From NCBI GenBank assembly GCA_964463655.1, contig CAYXDG010000006.1, positions 3,405-67,404 on the forward strand: a stretch of 64,000 nucleotides of DNA. Direction: 5' to 3'. The notes under the pieces are model-generated. The model saw nothing but the letters and a program-made list of their open reading frames with translations, ran no database searches and was not told the origin of the DNA. Every line of letters starts with the position of its first letter. The first letter of the stretch is position 1. Shown piece by piece: positions 19,278 through 29,529 of this stretch. Position numbers and translations under genes: made by a program. This stretch comes from an uncultured Dactylococcopsis sp. (GTDB taxonomy: Bacteria; Cyanobacteriota; Cyanobacteriia; Cyanobacteriales; Rubidibacteraceae).

Positions 19278-21125
19278 GTGAAACGAGTTATATCAGTCGG
19301 TTCTCTGGTAGCAGCGATGCTGGTGGCGACACCCGCCCAAGCTGGAAAGCTGACCTTTTGGCGGTTTAATGAAAATGATAACCGCCTCATTTTTCAAACA
19401 GAGGACAGGGTACAACCCAAAGCACAATTAATATTTAACCCAACACGGGTGGTCATCGATTTACCCCAAACCGTTTTTGGCCACTCTTTGGTCAATCAGC
19501 CAGTGGGGGGAGTGGTTCGCGCTGTGCGGGTGGGTCAATTTAATCAAGAAACCACTCGCTTAGTGGTTGAATTAGCCCCTGGCTACACCGTTGACCCACA
19601 ACAGGTCAAAATCAGAGAAGAAAGTCCCCAACGCTGGTCAGTGGAGTTACCCCCAGCGCAACGGGTGTCAAATGAGACGGCGCGTAGGTCGGAGATTGAG
19701 CCGAAGGCATCACCTTCCCAAGAGCGAACCACCGTGAACAGCAACCCCCCGCTTTTGGAAGGAGCAATCATTGACAATCCCTATTTTCAAGTCACTCGCA
19801 GTGGCTTATTATTGCGCTTAAATGGTTCTCTAGGGAAAGATATTCAAGTGGAACGCAGTGAGGACGGAAAAAAGATTTCCTTCCGCTTACCCAGAGTAAC
19901 GCTACCTTCCGATCTGCCCCCTGTTTTGCCAGTTGAAGATTATGGCATTAGCTATGCCCAATTCCAAGCGGGCCCGAATAACAGCGCAGAAGTCACCTTG
20001 CACGTGAATGAAGACAGCCCCAATTGGCAAGCATTCCCAACGGTGGCCCGTCGTGGTGGCGTGGTTTTCTTACCTGAAGGAGGGATGGGCGCAGTACGAG
20101 GGAATTTGTCCAGTCCTCCCCTCCCTCGGTGGGTCGCCGAAAAAGTTGAGCAATCTCAAAGAACGGTCGTGCAAGCAGTTGATTTAGTAGAAAATCAGTT
20201 AATGATTCGGGCTAATGGCACGATTAGCGGACAGGGGAGTTGGAATCGCGTCAGTGGTGTTTATGAACTCAGAATCCCCAATGCACAGTTAGCTGAACCC
20301 GTGCGCGGGCCGCGCTTAACTCGCAATAGCCCAGTGTCGCAAATTCGAGTCCGACAAGAGGATGAAGAAACGGTGGTGGTTCAGGTACAGTCAGCGCCGG
20401 GGGTGAAGATCCTCGATCAGGTGAATCAACCCAGCCAGAATACCCTCGCGATCGCCCTGCGACAAGTCAGACAAACCAGAGCAGCCAATTTACCCCCTCT
20501 GGTCAATCAACGACAAAGCATTCCCGTCCCCCGTCCCTCCAGCCCCCCTCCCTCCCCTGCTCCTTCTCCCAATCGTAATAACGATGGCTTACTGGTGGTC
20601 ATTGACCCAGGACATGGTGGCAAAGACCCAGGCGCGGTGGGAATTGGCGGATTGCAAGAAAAGCACGTGGTTTTACCCATTTCTCACCATGTTCGCCAGA
20701 CTCTGGAAAGTCAAGGATTACAAGTCAAAATGACGCGGTGGGACGATCGCTTTATTAGTTTAGCTGGACGGACAGAAATGGCTAACCGCTTGAATGCTGA
20801 TTTGTTCATTAGTATTCATGCTAATGCCATCAGTATGAGTCGCCCCGATGTCAATGGCGTGGAAACCTTCTATTATTCCAATGGTCGCGCTTTAGCACAG
20901 GCGATTCAAAACAGTATCCTCGCTAACATTAATATGCGTAATCGCGGGGTGAAACAGGCAAATTTTTATGTCCTACGGAACTCAGCTATGCCATCTGTTT
21001 TGGTGGAAGTGGGGTTTGTGACAGGGCGAGAAGATGCCCCTCGTTTGGCGAATCCCAATTTCCGTAAACGAATGGCGGACGCGATCGCAGAGGGAATCTT
21101 ACAATACGTCCGACAAACTCAATAA
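19278..21125 (+). CDS. amiC: N-acetylmuramoyl-L-alanine amidase with AMIN domains
   Basis: AMIN domains (PTRVVIDLP, VRVGQF), IDPGHGGKDPG, FISIHAN, PSVLVEVGF. Confidence 0.9.
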   Translation: MKRVISVGSLVAAMLVATPAQAGKLTFWRFNENDNRLIFQTEDRVQPKAQLIFNPTRVVIDLPQTVFGHSLVNQPVGGVVRAVRVGQFNQETTRLVVELAPGYTVDPQQVKIREESPQRWSVELPPAQRVSNETARRSEIEPKASPSQERTTVNSNPPLLEGAIIDNPYFQVTRSGLLLRLNGSLGKDIQVERSEDGKKISFRLPRVTLPSDLPPVLPVEDYGISYAQFQAGPNNSAEVTLHVNEDSPNWQAFPTVARRGGVVFLPEGGMGAVRGNLSSPPLPRWVAEKVEQSQRTVVQAVDLVENQLMIRANGTISGQGSWNRVSGVYELRIPNAQLAEPVRGPRLTRNSPVSQIRVRQEDEETVVVQVQSAPGVKILDQVNQPSQNTLAIALRQVRQTRAANLPPLVNQRQSIPVPRPSSPPPSPAPSPNRNNDGLLVVIDPGHGGKDPGAVGIGGLQEKHVVLPISHHVRQTLESQGLQVKMTRWDDRFISLAGRTEMANRLNADLFISIHANAISMSRPDVNGVETFYYSNGRALAQAIQNSILANINMRNRGVKQANFYVLRNSAMPSVLVEVGFVTGREDAPRLANPNFRKRMADAIAEGILQYVRQTQ

Positions 21126-21989
21126 ATGCGAGAACAGGAGATTAATTTGCTGACTAACCATCTACCCCAATCTGGCAACTATCCCATCGGTGTCTTTGAC
21201 AGTGGTTTAGGGGGCTTAACGGTTCTCCGAGAACTTTATCGACAACTCCCCCAAGAATCAATCCTTTATTTTGCTGACACGGCTCGCCTTCCTTATGGTA
21301 CTCGCTCTGAGGAGGAAATTTTTCAATTTTGCCGTGAAATTTTACACTGGATGACTACACAAAAGGTGAAAATGGTCATCATGGCTTGTAACACTTCTTC
21401 GGCGTTAGCTCTGGAAACAGTGCGATCAGAGTTTGATATTCCCATTCTTGGGGTCATTCTCCCAGGAGCGCGGGCCGCTGTAGAAGCAGGGAAACGCATT
21501 GGTGTGATTGCGACCCCAGCTACCACTAATAGCAATGCTTATCAACAAGCGATTCGGGAAGTGAATCCCCGCGCCAAAGTCTGGCAGGTGAGTTGTCCCG
21601 AATTTGTTCCCCTGATTGAACAAAACCGACTCAATGATCCTTATGTGCGAGAAGTCGCCCAGCACTATCTCGCTCCCTTACAAGAAAGAGAAATTGACAC
21701 TTTAGTGTATGGCTGTACCCATTATCCCTATCTCGCTTCAGTTTTTGGGGATATCCTCCCTTCGACGGTGACGTTTGTCGATCCCGCAGAACACGTGGTG
21801 GTGGCAGCAGAGCGAGAATTAGAATTGATGGGAAATAAAAATCTAGATACACCAGCCCCGACTCGGTTTGGTGTTAGTGGTGATGCTAAACAGTTTGCAC
21901 AGCGATCGCGTCATTGGTTGGGTTGTACTCCAATTGTGGAGAAGATTCAATTACCCACTCTTGTCTATCGCGAAAGCGTAACCCGATAG
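21126..21989 (+). CDS. murI: Glutamate racemase
   Basis: FDSGLGGLTV, ACNTSS, GCTHYP. Confidence 0.95.
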   Translation: MREQEINLLTNHLPQSGNYPIGVFDSGLGGLTVLRELYRQLPQESILYFADTARLPYGTRSEEEIFQFCREILHWMTTQKVKMVIMACNTSSALALETVRSEFDIPILGVILPGARAAVEAGKRIGVIATPATTNSNAYQQAIREVNPRAKVWQVSCPEFVPLIEQNRLNDPYVREVAQHYLAPLQEREIDTLVYGCTHYPYLASVFGDILPSTVTFVDPAEHVVVAAERELELMGNKNLDTPAPTRFGVSGDAKQFAQRSRHWLGCTPIVEKIQLPTLVYRESVTR

Positions 21990-22013
21990 AGGAAACAGTA
22001 CCCAACAGACAAG

Positions 22014-22868
22014 TTAACGATCGCGCAGCGCTTCTCTCATTTTATCCACAGGAACGGACTGTCCCAGCCACTGTTCTAGGGCGATCGCGCCCTGTTGAAT
22101 GAGCATCTCTAACCCATCATAAATGACAGCATTGGCTTGTTTTTGGGCGAGTTGCAAGAAGCAAGTAGGACGAGGGGTATAAATTAAATCATAGGCGATC
22201 GCGCCTTCAGGGAGTTGTTTTAAGGTCTCTGCTTCCACAGGAGAAGCGGATGTCTGCGGAGACATTCCCACTGGCGTTGTATTCACTAACAACTGTGTCT
22301 GTGAGATTAATCTTGGCAATTCTTCCCAAGTATAAGCGTTAATCTGTGCCGAGAGTCCAGAATTATCCCAACTGCGCTTAAATGCGCCTAATTTTTCGCG
22401 ATCGCGCCCAATCACGGTGATATTTTCACAGCCTAACTTCACACAACCGACAATCACGGCTCGCGCTGCACCGCCATTGCCTAAAATAATAGGCATGATT
22501 TCCGACCAATTTCGGGTGAGGGATTGCAAAGGGGCAATAAACCCATCCACATCCGTATTCGTTCCTTCCCAGCCCGTTTCTGTGCGCCAGACAGTGTTCA
22601 CAGCGCCCACTTGTTGCGCTTGGGGGGTAACGCGATCAAGGTAGGGAATAATCGCCTGTTTATGGGGAATTGTCGCATTAAATCCCACTAACCCGATCGC
22701 TGCCAATCCTGCTAAGGCTCGTTCTAAATCCCCTTTTTTCACAGGTAAGGGAATATAGACATAATTTAATCCTAAGTGGTTCAGGGCTGCATTGTGCATC
22801 ACTGGGGATAAAGAATGTTCCACAGGATCGCCAATCACGCCTAATAATTTAGTTTTACCTGTAATCAT
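22014..22868 (-). CDS. aroE: Shikimate dehydrogenase
   Basis: HSLSPVMHN, TIPHK, GAVNT, NTDVDGF, GNGGAA. Confidence 0.95.
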   Translation of the reverse strand: MITGKTKLLGVIGDPVEHSLSPVMHNAALNHLGLNYVYIPLPVKKGDLERALAGLAAIGLVGFNATIPHKQAIIPYLDRVTPQAQQVGAVNTVWRTETGWEGTNTDVDGFIAPLQSLTRNWSEIMPIILGNGGAARAVIVGCVKLGCENITVIGRDREKLGAFKRSWDNSGLSAQINAYTWEELPRLISQTQLLVNTTPVGMSPQTSASPVEAETLKQLPEGAIAYDLIYTPRPTCFLQLAQKQANAVIYDGLEMLIQQGAIALEQWLGQSVPVDKMREALRDR

Positions 22869-22992
22869 ATTATTAGATTAGGAATGAATCCATGATTAAT
22901 GACTCATGACTAGGAGTACACTTGCCAAGTTGTTCAGGACGCGATCGCGCTGACCCGCTTTAGGAAATCACTCTGATTAGAATTGATCGCGC

Positions 22993-23469
22993 TTAGGACT
23001 CAGATTCCAGTTGACTTTGAAGCTGTTGAATCTGTTCTAGAGACAGCCCCGTTCCCTGAGCCACTTGCTCGGCGCTGAGACCCATTCGCAGTAAGTTCAG
23101 AGCAACTGCTTGCTTTTCTTCTTGTCGACCTTCTTCCTTGGCTTGCAATTCCAAATGAGACAGTAGTGGCATTTCCGTTTCCTCCGTTGCTTGTTTCACT
23201 TGATCGTTAAATTCTTTCTGTAATGCTTCTGGCAACACCATCATCCAATCGATGACTCGGAATAGTTCTAATATATCACCGCGCTGATAACCTCGTTGAT
23301 AGAGTCCTCGCACAATTGTCCATTTCCATTGCGCCCTCCCTTGAGCATCTTGGGTGGTACTTTTGCTCTTGAGATGAGCCATGATAATTGGAGCAAATAG
23401 ATTGTCGCTGCTTTCCAATTTTTGCCATTGTTCCTCAAAATCTAACAGTTTGACGATGAGAAACTCCAG
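22993..23469 (-). pseudogene. 5'-truncated Rpn-like (PD-(D/E)XK nuclease / putative transposase-invertase) gene; C-terminal half only
   Basis: LEFLIVKLLDFEEQW..LESSDNLFAPIIMAHL, ELFRVIDWMMVLP and an ALNLLRMGL..QVAQGTGLSLEQI tail. In-frame TAG at 23521-23523 inside a REP element. No nuclease N-terminus. Confidence 0.75.
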
Positions 23470-23502
23470 CTTTATTGCTTCACTGAACAGAGAACTATTG
23501 AT

Positions 23503-23533
23503 GTTGGGTTTCGCTTCGCTCTACCCAACCTAC
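23503..23533 (-). repeat. REP-like small dispersed repeat GTAGGTTGGGTAGAGCGAAGCGAAACCCAAC
   Basis: GTTGGGT...ACCCAAC stem with GTAG tail. Confidence 0.8.
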
Positions 23534-23557
23534 AAGTTAACTTAGTCCAAAATACGC

Positions 23558-26026
23558 TTAACTTTCATTGCTGATTGGAATCTGTTTAGTAAGGGTTTCA
23601 TTGGTTTTCAAAGAAACAGCGCGATCGCCGACACCATCTTTTCCCCACATCGCAACTTCTTTCAAAGTTAAAGATAACACTCGTCCTTGATTGGTTAATA
23701 GTTTCACGATCTGATTGTCTGATCGCGCTTCTGTCATGGCTATCAGGCGATCGCTGCTATTAACAAATTGTAATCCTTGCGTGCCAATGTCTCCGCGACT
23801 CCCTCGCCTAATGACACTCACAGGCATCCGTTTCGCGTAACCCAGTTGGGAGACAATCAGAATCGTTGCATTTTCTTCCAGAGAAACACAACCGACAGGT
23901 GTTTCCTCTTGACGCAAGCGAGTGGCGAAGTTTCCTTGAGCAGTGCGACTCATGAGGGGTATTTGTTGGTCATTGACAGGAAAGCGCAGAATCCGTCCCC
24001 CAGAGGTAGCTAAGAGGAGGTCTTGTCCTTCTTCCGTGAGACAGCAATCGGCAACGCGATCGTCCTCTTTTAACCGTAGCAGACTTAGCCCCCGATTCCC
24101 AATACTTGCCACATCCGACGCAGACAACCGTTTGATTCGTCCTTGCTGAGTCAGGAGGATAACATCTTTTTCAGGAAGAGGGAGATGAGACAAGGGGGTT
24201 TCTTCGCTTTGACTGGACATCCCTTGTAAGACTTGGTTTAGGGAGGCTTTTTGTTTTCCAGAAACAGGGGGAAGATTATCGGTTTTTAGGTTGTAGGCTT
24301 TACCTGCATCCGTAATGGTGATTAAAGATGAGTCTGGTTTCAGTTTGCTCCGAAAAACGACAAAATCCTTGCTTTTGCTCCCTGTTTCCGTTGTTGGTTT
24401 TTCACACCAATAAACGCTTCCTTGCCGGGTAATTTCCACTAAAGCAGAGTCTGGAATCGTTTTTGCCGTTTTCTGAGGAGAGGGAGTCTCTGTTTTAGCA
24501 GTCGCCGATTTTTTCGGTTTAGCTTCCTCTTGAATAATGCGGGTGCGTCTTTCATTCCCATAGCGTTTTTTCAGGGCGCGTAGCTCTTTTTTCAAGGCTT
24601 TGAGCAACTCATTACGATTTTCTAATAGGTTTTCTAACTGAGCGATTTCTTCCCGTAAATCATTCACTTCTGCTTCTAGCTTTTGACGCTCTAACCCTGT
24701 TAAACGGCGCATGGGCATTGCTAAAATAGAGTCGCCCTGTTGCTCGCTAATCCCTAATTGTTCCTGTAACTGAACTTTTGCCGTGCTACCGTCCGCAGCA
24801 TTGCGAAGGATGTCAATGACTGCATCAAGATTATTCAGCGCTGCTAACAACCCTTCTGCAAGGTGTAACCGTTTTCGTGCTACGCCTAACTGATGGCTGT
24901 ATTGGCGAGTAAGAGTTTGTTCGCGAAATTCTAGGAAATGGTCTAAAAGTTCTCGTAAGGTAAGCTGACAGGGTTTATTATTGACCAGAGCTAGAAGAAT
25001 CGCCCCAAAGTTCGTTTGCAGGGCTGTTTGATGATACAGTTGCCCTAAGACAGTCTCAGGGGAAGCATCCCGTTTCAATTCAATAACAACTCGGACTCCT
25101 GTGCGATCGCTTTCATCTCGAATATCAGCAATCCCTTCTAAGCGCCCTGCATTGACTAATTCAGCAACTTTTTCAATCCAACCTGCTTTATTCACCTGAT
25201 AGGGAAACTCACTCACCACCAAAGCAGCGCGATCGCGCTTCCGTTTCCCTAAGTTCAAATACTCCACATTCACCACACCACGCACCCGAATCGTTCCCCG
25301 TCCTGTGCGATAAGCGTCTCTGACCCCTTCTAAGTCGATAATTTCCCCCCCTGTGGGAAAATCAGGTGCTGGTATCAACTCCCATAATTTCTCATCAGGT
25401 AAGTCTGGCTTGTCAATGAGTTTAATTAACCCATCCACCACTTCGCCTAAATTGTGTGGGGGAACATTGGTCGCCATTCCCACTGCAATTCCTGAACAAC
25501 CATTGAGGAGGAGTACGGGAAGCTGGGCGGGAAGGACAACTGGTTCTTGCTGGGAATTGTCAAAATTTCCGACAAAATCCACTGTTGCTTCCCCAATATT
25601 GCCCAAGAGAGCTTCTTGCGCGATCGGGGCTAAGCGGGTTTCCGTGTAACGCATGGCGGCGGGAGGATCATTATCCAACGAGCCAAAATTCCCATGTCCT
25701 GATAAAAGGGGATAACGAGTGGCAAACTCCTGCACCATCCGCACCAGTGCATCATAAACCGCCTGGTCGCCATGAGGGTGATATTTCCCCAACACATCCC
25801 CCACCACACGAGCGCATTTGCGAAAGGGGCGATCGGGCGTTAACCCTAATTCGTGCATAGCGTATAAGATGCGACGATGGACAGGTTTTAAGCCATCCCG
25901 CACATCGGGAAGTGCCCGTCCCACAATCACACTCATGGCATATTCAAGATAGGATTGTTCCATCTCCGTGCGGAGGGCGGTGGGGATAATCTGATTTCCC
26001 CCCATAAGATTTAACTGTTGTGCCAT
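23558..26026 (-). CDS. gyrA: DNA gyrase subunit A / topoisomerase IV A-type paralog
   Basis: [22 protein letters not shown], catalytic AAMRYTE, C-terminal pinwheel repeats. No canonical QRRGGKG GyrA-box seen. Confidence 0.9.
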   Translation of the reverse strand: MAQQLNLMGGNQIIPTALRTEMEQSYLEYAMSVIVGRALPDVRDGLKPVHRRILYAMHELGLTPDRPFRKCARVVGDVLGKYHPHGDQAVYDALVRMVQEFATRYPLLSGHGNFGSLDNDPPAAMRYTETRLAPIAQEALLGNIGEATVDFVGNFDNSQQEPVVLPAQLPVLLLNGCSGIAVGMATNVPPHNLGEVVDGLIKLIDKPDLPDEKLWELIPAPDFPTGGEIIDLEGVRDAYRTGRGTIRVRGVVNVEYLNLGKRKRDRAALVVSEFPYQVNKAGWIEKVAELVNAGRLEGIADIRDESDRTGVRVVIELKRDASPETVLGQLYHQTALQTNFGAILLALVNNKPCQLTLRELLDHFLEFREQTLTRQYSHQLGVARKRLHLAEGLLAALNNLDAVIDILRNAADGSTAKVQLQEQLGISEQQGDSILAMPMRRLTGLERQKLEAEVNDLREEIAQLENLLENRNELLKALKKELRALKKRYGNERRTRIIQEEAKPKKSATAKTETPSPQKTAKTIPDSALVEITRQGSVYWCEKPTTETGSKSKDFVVFRSKLKPDSSLITITDAGKAYNLKTDNLPPVSGKQKASLNQVLQGMSSQSEETPLSHLPLPEKDVILLTQQGRIKRLSASDVASIGNRGLSLLRLKEDDRVADCCLTEEGQDLLLATSGGRILRFPVNDQQIPLMSRTAQGNFATRLRQEETPVGCVSLEENATILIVSQLGYAKRMPVSVIRRGSRGDIGTQGLQFVNSSDRLIAMTEARSDNQIVKLLTNQGRVLSLTLKEVAMWGKDGVGDRAVSLKTNETLTKQIPISNES

Positions 26027-26063
26027 TCGTAATAACCTAGAAAAGTAGTGGAGAGACTTTTAT

Positions 26064-26942
26064 CTACTCTGAATCAGGTGGATTAATTTGTAAACGAGTG
26101 AGGGTTGCTTCCATCACGGGGGAAGTAAAAAACTCTGCGGTATCCGAGAGTAATTTTTCTCCCCAGAGGTTTTCTTCTAAGAATTCGAGGTTAGCATACC
26201 GACTGTCTGAGCGTAAGGCGTTGGTTGCCAAAGAAAGGGCTTCTTCTTGGTTTCCGCGCTGATAGAGGGCGACCGCGATCGCGAGTTGGGGTTCGCTGGC
26301 ATTTTCCGCGATTTCGGCAGAGATGCGCCATTTTTCAACCGCAGCATTCACTTTTCCCTGTTCATACTCAATCAAGCCAATGTTGTTAAGTGCGGGCCAA
26401 AATCCCTCTTCTAGTTCATAGGCTTTATTGTAGGAGGCGATCGCGCGATCGTACTCCAGCAATTTCAGATAGGCATTCCCCAAGTCAAATAGTGCTTCTG
26501 GGGAATCTGATTCTAAGGCTAACCCCGCCTCAATGGTGTCTGCTGCTTGCTGATAATTCCCTTGTTGGAAATACGCCGATCCCAAAGTAAACTTCACTCG
26601 GGCTTCTTCTGGGGCAATTTCCTGAGCCTTTTTCAGCGCAGAGATGGCTGTCTCCAGATTTTCATTCCTCGCTTCTAACGTTCCCAAAATAAACCAAGGT
26701 TGATAAGCATTGGGAGCAAGTTGCGTTGCCACCTTTGCTCTAGCCAGTGCAGCCTCAAACTGTTGAAAGCGTACCAGTTGCGCTGCATCTTGCGCTAGGG
26801 CTAGCCCTTGCTGTTCCAAATTTTCAAAATCTGGCTCTAGTGTGTGTGGCAAGAGTGCTTGGGAGTAAGCTGGAGGAAGCGCAATCCCCCACAGTCCCGC
26901 ACAAGCCACCAGAGAAATTAACCCGTTTTGTTTTAACCCCAT
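26064..26942 (-). CDS. Tetratricopeptide repeat protein with signal peptide
   Basis: Several TPR motifs (FTLGSAYFQQG, FDLGNAYLKL, LNNIGLIEYEQG). ATG at 26942 preferred; the ORF is open to 27005. Confidence 0.85.
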   Translation of the reverse strand: MGLKQNGLISLVACAGLWGIALPPAYSQALLPHTLEPDFENLEQQGLALAQDAAQLVRFQQFEAALARAKVATQLAPNAYQPWFILGTLEARNENLETAISALKKAQEIAPEEARVKFTLGSAYFQQGNYQQAADTIEAGLALESDSPEALFDLGNAYLKLLEYDRAIASYNKAYELEEGFWPALNNIGLIEYEQGKVNAAVEKWRISAEIAENASEPQLAIAVALYQRGNQEEALSLATNALRSDSRYANLEFLEENLWGEKLLSDTAEFFTSPVMEATLTRLQINPPDSE

Positions 26943-27021
26943 AGTGCGGATTGCCTTAAGCGTTGTCTTCAATCTTGTCCTAATATAGTTCACGACACCC
27001 ATCATTAATAAATTTTTAGCA

Positions 27022-27498
27022 ATGACCGTAACCCTTAAGTTAACTCAAGATAGCATCGATCGCTTAGATTTATCATCGGTTCAACAACAAATTGATTCCA
27101 TTCTCAGTGAGGGAAAGCTGACGGAATACGAACAAAGCATCCAATTTGAGATTGATTATCCACGCGATCCCACTGATCCCCGTGAACTTTCAGAAGTCCC
27201 AGAAATCCGCCTTTGGTTTTTGCGGCTAGACACTGTTTATCCTTGGTTTATCTTTCTTCTCGACTGGCGCAACGGAGAATTAGCCCGTTATACCGCCATG
27301 TTAGTGCCTCACCAGTTTAGTCGCGCTGAGGGGATTCAATTCAATCCTGAAGCCTTGGAAATTTTTGTGATGGGGAAAGTTTTTATTTTATATGATTGGC
27401 TGCGATCGCAGAATATTTCTGGAGTTGGGCGCATTACTGCTTTTAGTCAAATGTTGGGATATGAAGTCGATGAAGCCTTTTTTAAGAGCTTAACTTAA
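27022..27498 (+). CDS. CRR6 family NdhI maturation factor (DUF1817)
   Basis: DPRELSEVPEIRLWFLRLD, YTAMLVPHQF. Confidence 0.9.
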   Translation: MTVTLKLTQDSIDRLDLSSVQQQIDSILSEGKLTEYEQSIQFEIDYPRDPTDPRELSEVPEIRLWFLRLDTVYPWFIFLLDWRNGELARYTAMLVPHQFSRAEGIQFNPEALEIFVMGKVFILYDWLRSQNISGVGRITAFSQMLGYEVDEAFFKSLT

Positions 27499-27503
27499 AA
27501 TAA

Positions 27504-27719
27504 AAAAAAGAACTCAGACAATTACAGTTAATCGTAGAAGAAAATAAAACACAATTAACGGAGGCTTGGCATGGGGATTTTGGCGATATTAGTAATGTTC
27601 ACACTGGCGAAGAAACGTTAATTTTAAATCAACATCAGCAAGCGGTCTCAACAGTCGCCTTCATCAGTGGCAGTCAAGACAATACCTGCTTAATTTGGGA
27701 GAAAAACTTGCTAAACTAA
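27504..27719 (+). pseudogene. Start-less open frame joining a DUF4160-like C-terminus to a WD40 repeat remnant
   Basis: Hand translation: KKELRQLQLIVEENKTQLTEAWHGDFG, then DISNVHTGEETLILNQHQQAVSTVAFISGSQDNTCLIWEKNLLN*. Bounded by TAA codons with no start codon at the 5' end. Confidence 0.55.
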
Positions 27720-27747
27720 AAATAGTGAGATTAACAAGAGGTAGCGT

Positions 27748-28326
27748 ATGGGTATTTCCTTAAAGAAAGGAGAACGAGTCTCTTTAGACAAAGTATCTCC
27801 TGGCTTAGAAGCTGTTTTTGTCGGGTTAGGTTGGGATGTCAATCAAACTGATTCTGGTCCAGATTTTGACCTTGATGCTTCTGTTTTTCTGCTAGGAAGC
27901 GATGAAAAGTTACTGTCTGATAATCACTTAGTATTTTATAATAATATGAAAAGTCCCGACCCAGACAATTCTATTGAACACATGGGAGATAACTTAACAG
28001 GTGAAGGAGAAGGAGATGACGAAGTGGTCATTGTTAACTTAAAAAAAGTTCCTGAAAATGTCGCAAAATTAGTCTTTGTCGTAACGATTTATGAAGCAGA
28101 TCAAAGGAAACAAAACTTTGGACAAGTTGAGAATGCGTTTGTCCGATTAGTTGATGTGAAAACCAAAGAAGAAGTCTTACGCTATGACTTAACTGAAGAC
28201 TATTCCGTAGAAACTGCTCTCATTATGGCAGAACTGTATAAAAAACAGGGACAATGGCGCATGAGCGCGGTTGGCGCTGGCTATGAAGGTGGATTACAAG
28301 CAATTTTAAATCGTTATCATAACTAA
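27748..28326 (+). CDS. terD: TerD family stress protein
   Basis: GLGWD, DFDLDAS, GDNLTGEGEGDDE. Confidence 0.9.
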   Translation: MGISLKKGERVSLDKVSPGLEAVFVGLGWDVNQTDSGPDFDLDASVFLLGSDEKLLSDNHLVFYNNMKSPDPDNSIEHMGDNLTGEGEGDDEVVIVNLKKVPENVAKLVFVVTIYEADQRKQNFGQVENAFVRLVDVKTKEEVLRYDLTEDYSVETALIMAELYKKQGQWRMSAVGAGYEGGLQAILNRYHN

Positions 28327-28330
28327 AAAA

Positions 28331-28927
28331 ATGTCAATTAACTTACAAAAAGGACAACGAATTTCTCTCAAAAAAGAAGCCCCAAGTTTAAATCGATTAA
28401 TGTGTGCATTAGGCTGGGATGTCATTGATCGTTCTCGCGGTTTAACATCTATGTTTCAAGCAGATTTTGATCTGGATGCGTCGGTTTTATGCTTAGATGA
28501 AAACGAAAAACTCAGTGGCAATTCTAATGTAGTGTATTTTGGCAATCTGCGCCATCACTCAGGGGCAATTACTCATTTAGGAGATAACTTAACAGGCGCT
28601 GGGGAAGGAGATGATGAGCAAATTTTAGTAGATTTACCTGATATTCCCGCAGAAATGTATAAGTTAGTTTTTGTGGTAAATATCTATGATGCTGTTAAGC
28701 GCAAGCAAGATTTTGGACAGGTAAAAAATGCGTTTGTTCGTTTAGTCGATCTTTCCAATAATAAAGAAATTGCTCGTTATACACTCTCAGGAAATGACTA
28801 TCAAGGAAAAACCAGTATGCTCCTAGCAGAAGTTTATCGTCACAATGATGAATGGAAAATGGCTGCAATCGGCAATGGTTTAGAATTGGATGGTTTGCAA
28901 GCAGTGGTGAATTCTTACATTAAATAA
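28331..28927 (+). CDS. TerD/TerZ family stress protein
   Basis: MSINLQKGQRISL, GWD, DFDLDAS, GDNLTGAGEGDDE. Confidence 0.9.
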   Translation: MSINLQKGQRISLKKEAPSLNRLMCALGWDVIDRSRGLTSMFQADFDLDASVLCLDENEKLSGNSNVVYFGNLRHHSGAITHLGDNLTGAGEGDDEQILVDLPDIPAEMYKLVFVVNIYDAVKRKQDFGQVKNAFVRLVDLSNNKEIARYTLSGNDYQGKTSMLLAEVYRHNDEWKMAAIGNGLELDGLQAVVNSYIK

Positions 28928-28936
28928 CACCCCGCA

Positions 28937-28956
28937 CTCCCCTTTCAAAAGGGGAG
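28937..28956 (+). terminator. Hairpin CTCCCCTTT-CA-AAAGGGGAG after the terD pair
   Basis: Perfect inverted repeat 9 nt after the stop codon. No U-tract. Resembles the CCCCTT/AAGGGG dispersed repeat. Confidence 0.45.
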
Positions 28957-29017
28957 ATAATTTAAAAATCCGATATCAATCAGTTGTGAAAAATTAGCTG
29001 ACGGAAGCTCCCCAGAT

Positions 29018-29464
29018 ATGAGTTATTGGCTCTTAAAATCTGAACCCACAGATTACAGCATAGAGGATTTAGAGCGCGATCGAGTCGCACTTTGGGATGG
29101 CGTGCGAAATTATCAGGCGCGTAATTTTTTGAAAGCAATGCAGCCATCAGACATCGCTTTTTTCTATCATTCTAATATTAAACCACCCGCGATCGTTGGC
29201 TTAGCTCGTATCATTGAAAATCAAGTCATTGACCCGACCCAATTTGATTCCGATAGTCAATATTATGACCCGAAAGCAACCCCAGAAACCCCCCGTTGGC
29301 ACACAGTTAAAGTTGAATTTATCGAAAAATTTCAGCAGCCAATTTCCTTACAGCAATTAAAAGCAACGTTTAATCCTGAAGAATTCATTTTAGTAAAAAC
29401 AGGAAACCGTCTGTCAGTGATGCCCGTTGCTCAAGATGTTGCCCAACGGATCTTAAAAATGTAA
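29018..29464 (+). CDS. EVE domain protein
   Basis: YWLLKSEP, WDGVRNYQARN, FFYHS, YYDPKA, RLSVMPV. Confidence 0.92.
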   Translation: MSYWLLKSEPTDYSIEDLERDRVALWDGVRNYQARNFLKAMQPSDIAFFYHSNIKPPAIVGLARIIENQVIDPTQFDSDSQYYDPKATPETPRWHTVKVEFIEKFQQPISLQQLKATFNPEEFILVKTGNRLSVMPVAQDVAQRILKM

Positions 29465-29500
29465 TCGCGATCGAGAGTTTTTTTCTATCTCACTTAAAAA

Positions 29501-29520
29501 GGTGGGCAAAGCCCACCCTA
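29501..29520. repeat. REP-like palindrome GGTGGGCAAAGCCCACCCTA
   Basis: Same family as 3728 and 61292. Lies between convergent genes. Confidence 0.8.
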
Positions 29521-29529
29521 AAATCAGTT

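Noticed and set aside
19278-21989. amiC-murI abutting genes
   Set aside because: Known conserved cyanobacterial synteny.
23558-26026. GyrA lacking a GyrA-box
   Set aside because: Cyanobacteria commonly carry a second GyrA/ParC-like paralog; not novel.
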